This document shows, piece by piece, positions 61,768 through 64,000 of a stretch of DNA of 64,000 nucleotides (the stretch's first letter is position 1; every line of letters begins with the position of its first letter). The stretch comes from the human T2T-CHM13v2.0 reference genome, Homo sapiens, in assembly GCF_009914755.1 (NCBI RefSeq), contig NC_060928.1. One strand, written 5' to 3'. The translations under genes and the position numbers were made by a program. Under the pieces are notes generated by a model, which saw only the letters and a program-made list of their open reading frames with translations, was not told the origin of the DNA and made no database searches.

Positions 61768-64000
61768 GAGGGAGACAAGATGGCTGGGAAGACACAGCCC
61801 AGAAGAACATCTTCCACCAGTGGGCTGGGATACTGAGAAGGCTGGCACTCTCATAGTAGATATACAGAGGGAAGGCATTGAGAATGGAGGGAGGGAGGTT
61901 GCAAACAATGGACTGAAAGAAGCTAGGAACACTGTGAGGGATTGCCCAGCATAGGCACCCACTCCTGGCCACCAGTGACTCTTAGGGAAGGGGCGAACTG
62001 AACAGATGGGAGTGGCCAGCTTTTGCTATGGACCTCCAGACTCTTAGCTGCAAAAGACCCCACGACCTCCACAGACACTTGAGCTGGCAGGAAGAGCTGC
62101 CTAGAAAGGTAGCACCAGCAGGATTCCAGCCTATACACAGCCCAGAGGGTTTGGCACAGGAATGGCTGCAGTAGAGCGTGGCAACACACCCATTCCCCAA
62201 GGCTCCCCAAGCTCCTATAGGTGACTTTAGCCTTTTGAGGGTTGTTGGACTTGGACAATCAGGGCACTCTTGCCCATGGGACAAGGCCAGTACAATTTGA
62301 GAGCATCCCCCTTTGTCTGCCGCCCCAGCCTGGCCATGCCTATGGCATTGTAGCCTTGGATGAATAACCTGGGGGGTCTTCATCTTAGTTCTATTGTTGG
62401 CAGACCACACCTAACCATTGGAGAGCTGCAGCACAGCATCCACCTTTGATGTGACCAGCAGGTCACAGCCTTCCCCACTGTAGCCTCCCCCTTCCACTTG
62501 TCTGATACATACTTACCCATGGGCATTTCCAACAACCACTTTGACAGTACATGCATGTGGGTGATTTCGTCTATCCTCTGATAATGGCACATATGTGTGT
62601 GTACACCCCACCATTCTCTCAAGCCCGCCAGTGTGCAGTGCCACTATGTGGGCATGCCATCCCTGCTGTGGCACAAGTGCTGCTCACAGATGTCAGAATC
62701 CTTCTTGCTGGTGCCCCACCCCCGTCATGCTGCTGCCATTTCTGGCACAAGTGCAGCATGGATACCAGCACACTCACCCCTGCTGGTGCCCTGCCCCAAC
62801 TGCACCACCACACAAGTGTGTGGAGAGATGCTGGTGCCTCCATTGCCACCTCACAACTGCTGGTGCCCAACCAAACCATTGCTGCCAGCCTGGATGTATG
62901 CAAAAACACCTCTGACCTTCTCTGGTTTTTCCACCCCAGCGGATGCATGTGGAACCTGCTACCTGCTGTGGCTACTGGCACGTGTGAGTGAGCACAGATC
63001 CCATTGCCATGACCTAAATGAAGTGCTTTGGCTGGCACCTTCCATTGGATTTTTGGGGCCAGCAGACCAGGAACACCTTGGTTCCTCCATTGCAGCACTT
63101 TCTAACTTCAAGAGGTGAAAGAACAAAGCTGGGAGACCTGTACCAGCTCTCCAGAGTTACAGCACACAGCCCAGAAGGGCTAAGCTGAGCCTTAGCCCCC
63201 TGAAATTTTCCAGAATTGAATCCAATCAACTTAATCTAACCTATACCACAATAAAACACCTAAGGGCATCAAAAAAGATCAAAGTAATAAAACCCTTCCA
63301 AATGACACCAACTTCAAAGATTAAATAAACATCAGTCCACACAGATGGGAAAAAAAATAGTGCAAGAATTCTGGCAACTCAAAAGCCAGAGTATCTTCTT
63401 ACCTTCTCACAAGCACACTGGTTCCCCAGCAATGTTTCTTAACAAATCTGAAATGGCTTAAATTACAGACATACAATTCAGAATCTAGATAAAATTTTCA
63501 AGATTCAAGAGAGAGTTGAAACCCAATCCAAGGAAATTAAGAATTACAATAAAATAATACAGAAGCTGAAAGTTGAACTGACAGAGCTGAAAAACACACT
63601 ACAATAATTTCATAATACAATTGCAAGTATTAACTGCAGAATAGACCAAAATGAGGCGAGAATCTCAGAGCTCAAAGACTGATTCTCTAAATTAACTCAG
63701 TGAGATAAAAAGTAAGAAAAAATAGTAATAAGGAATGAACAAAACCTTCAAGAAATATGAGATTATTTAAGGAGACCAAATCTGTGACTCATTGACATCC
63801 TTGAAAGAGAGGGAGAGAAAGCAAGCAACTTGAAAAACATATTTGAGGATATCATCCATGAAAATTTCCCCAACCTTACTAGAGAGGCCAACATTTAATT
63901 TCAGGAAGTACAGAGAACTCCTGTTAGACACTATGGAAAATGCCGATCCCCAAGACACATAGTGATCAGATTCTCCAAGGCTAAGATGAACAAAAATATA
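61768..64000 (+). mobile_element. 5' end of an old full-length LINE-1 (L1PA15-17/L1P4-like); 5' UTR to about 63344, decayed ORF1 from ATG 63345, runs off the window
   Basis: Starts gagggagacaagatggc (YY1 motif), GC-rich UTR, then ORF1 motifs (gagaccaaatctgtgactcattg, gaaaatttccccaacct). Confidence 0.88.

Noticed and set aside
61754-63229. Cluster of overlapping 100-170 aa ORFs on both strands
   Set aside because: They lie in the GC-rich, internally repetitive 5' UTR of an old L1, where stop codons are scarce.

Overview
AT-rich primate (most likely human) non-coding DNA, largely made of interspersed repeats. No host protein-coding gene, RNA gene or CRISPR array is supported. The long ORFs are LINE-1 ORF1/ORF2 remnants; the short ones mostly fall in Alu, LTR or DNA-transposon sequence or look like chance ORFs. 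Main elements: an old full-length L1 (571-6918), nested Tigger3b/MER1B/Alu, an MST provirus, an internally deleted Tigger2, THE1A, a near full-length young L1PA (32041-38013), a twin-primed L1PA (53026-55435), a MADE1 hairpin, and ten Alus or Alu remnants. The most notable structure is the 32041-38013 L1. It looks like a chimera (L1PA4-like 3' end, L1PA2-like 5' part), has no TSD, and its THE1A/L1M host sequence does not resume, which suggests an L1-L1 recombination deletion. I found no convincing new biological system. Subfamily names are recalled from consensus sequences, not from a search, and boundaries of old repeats are approximate.
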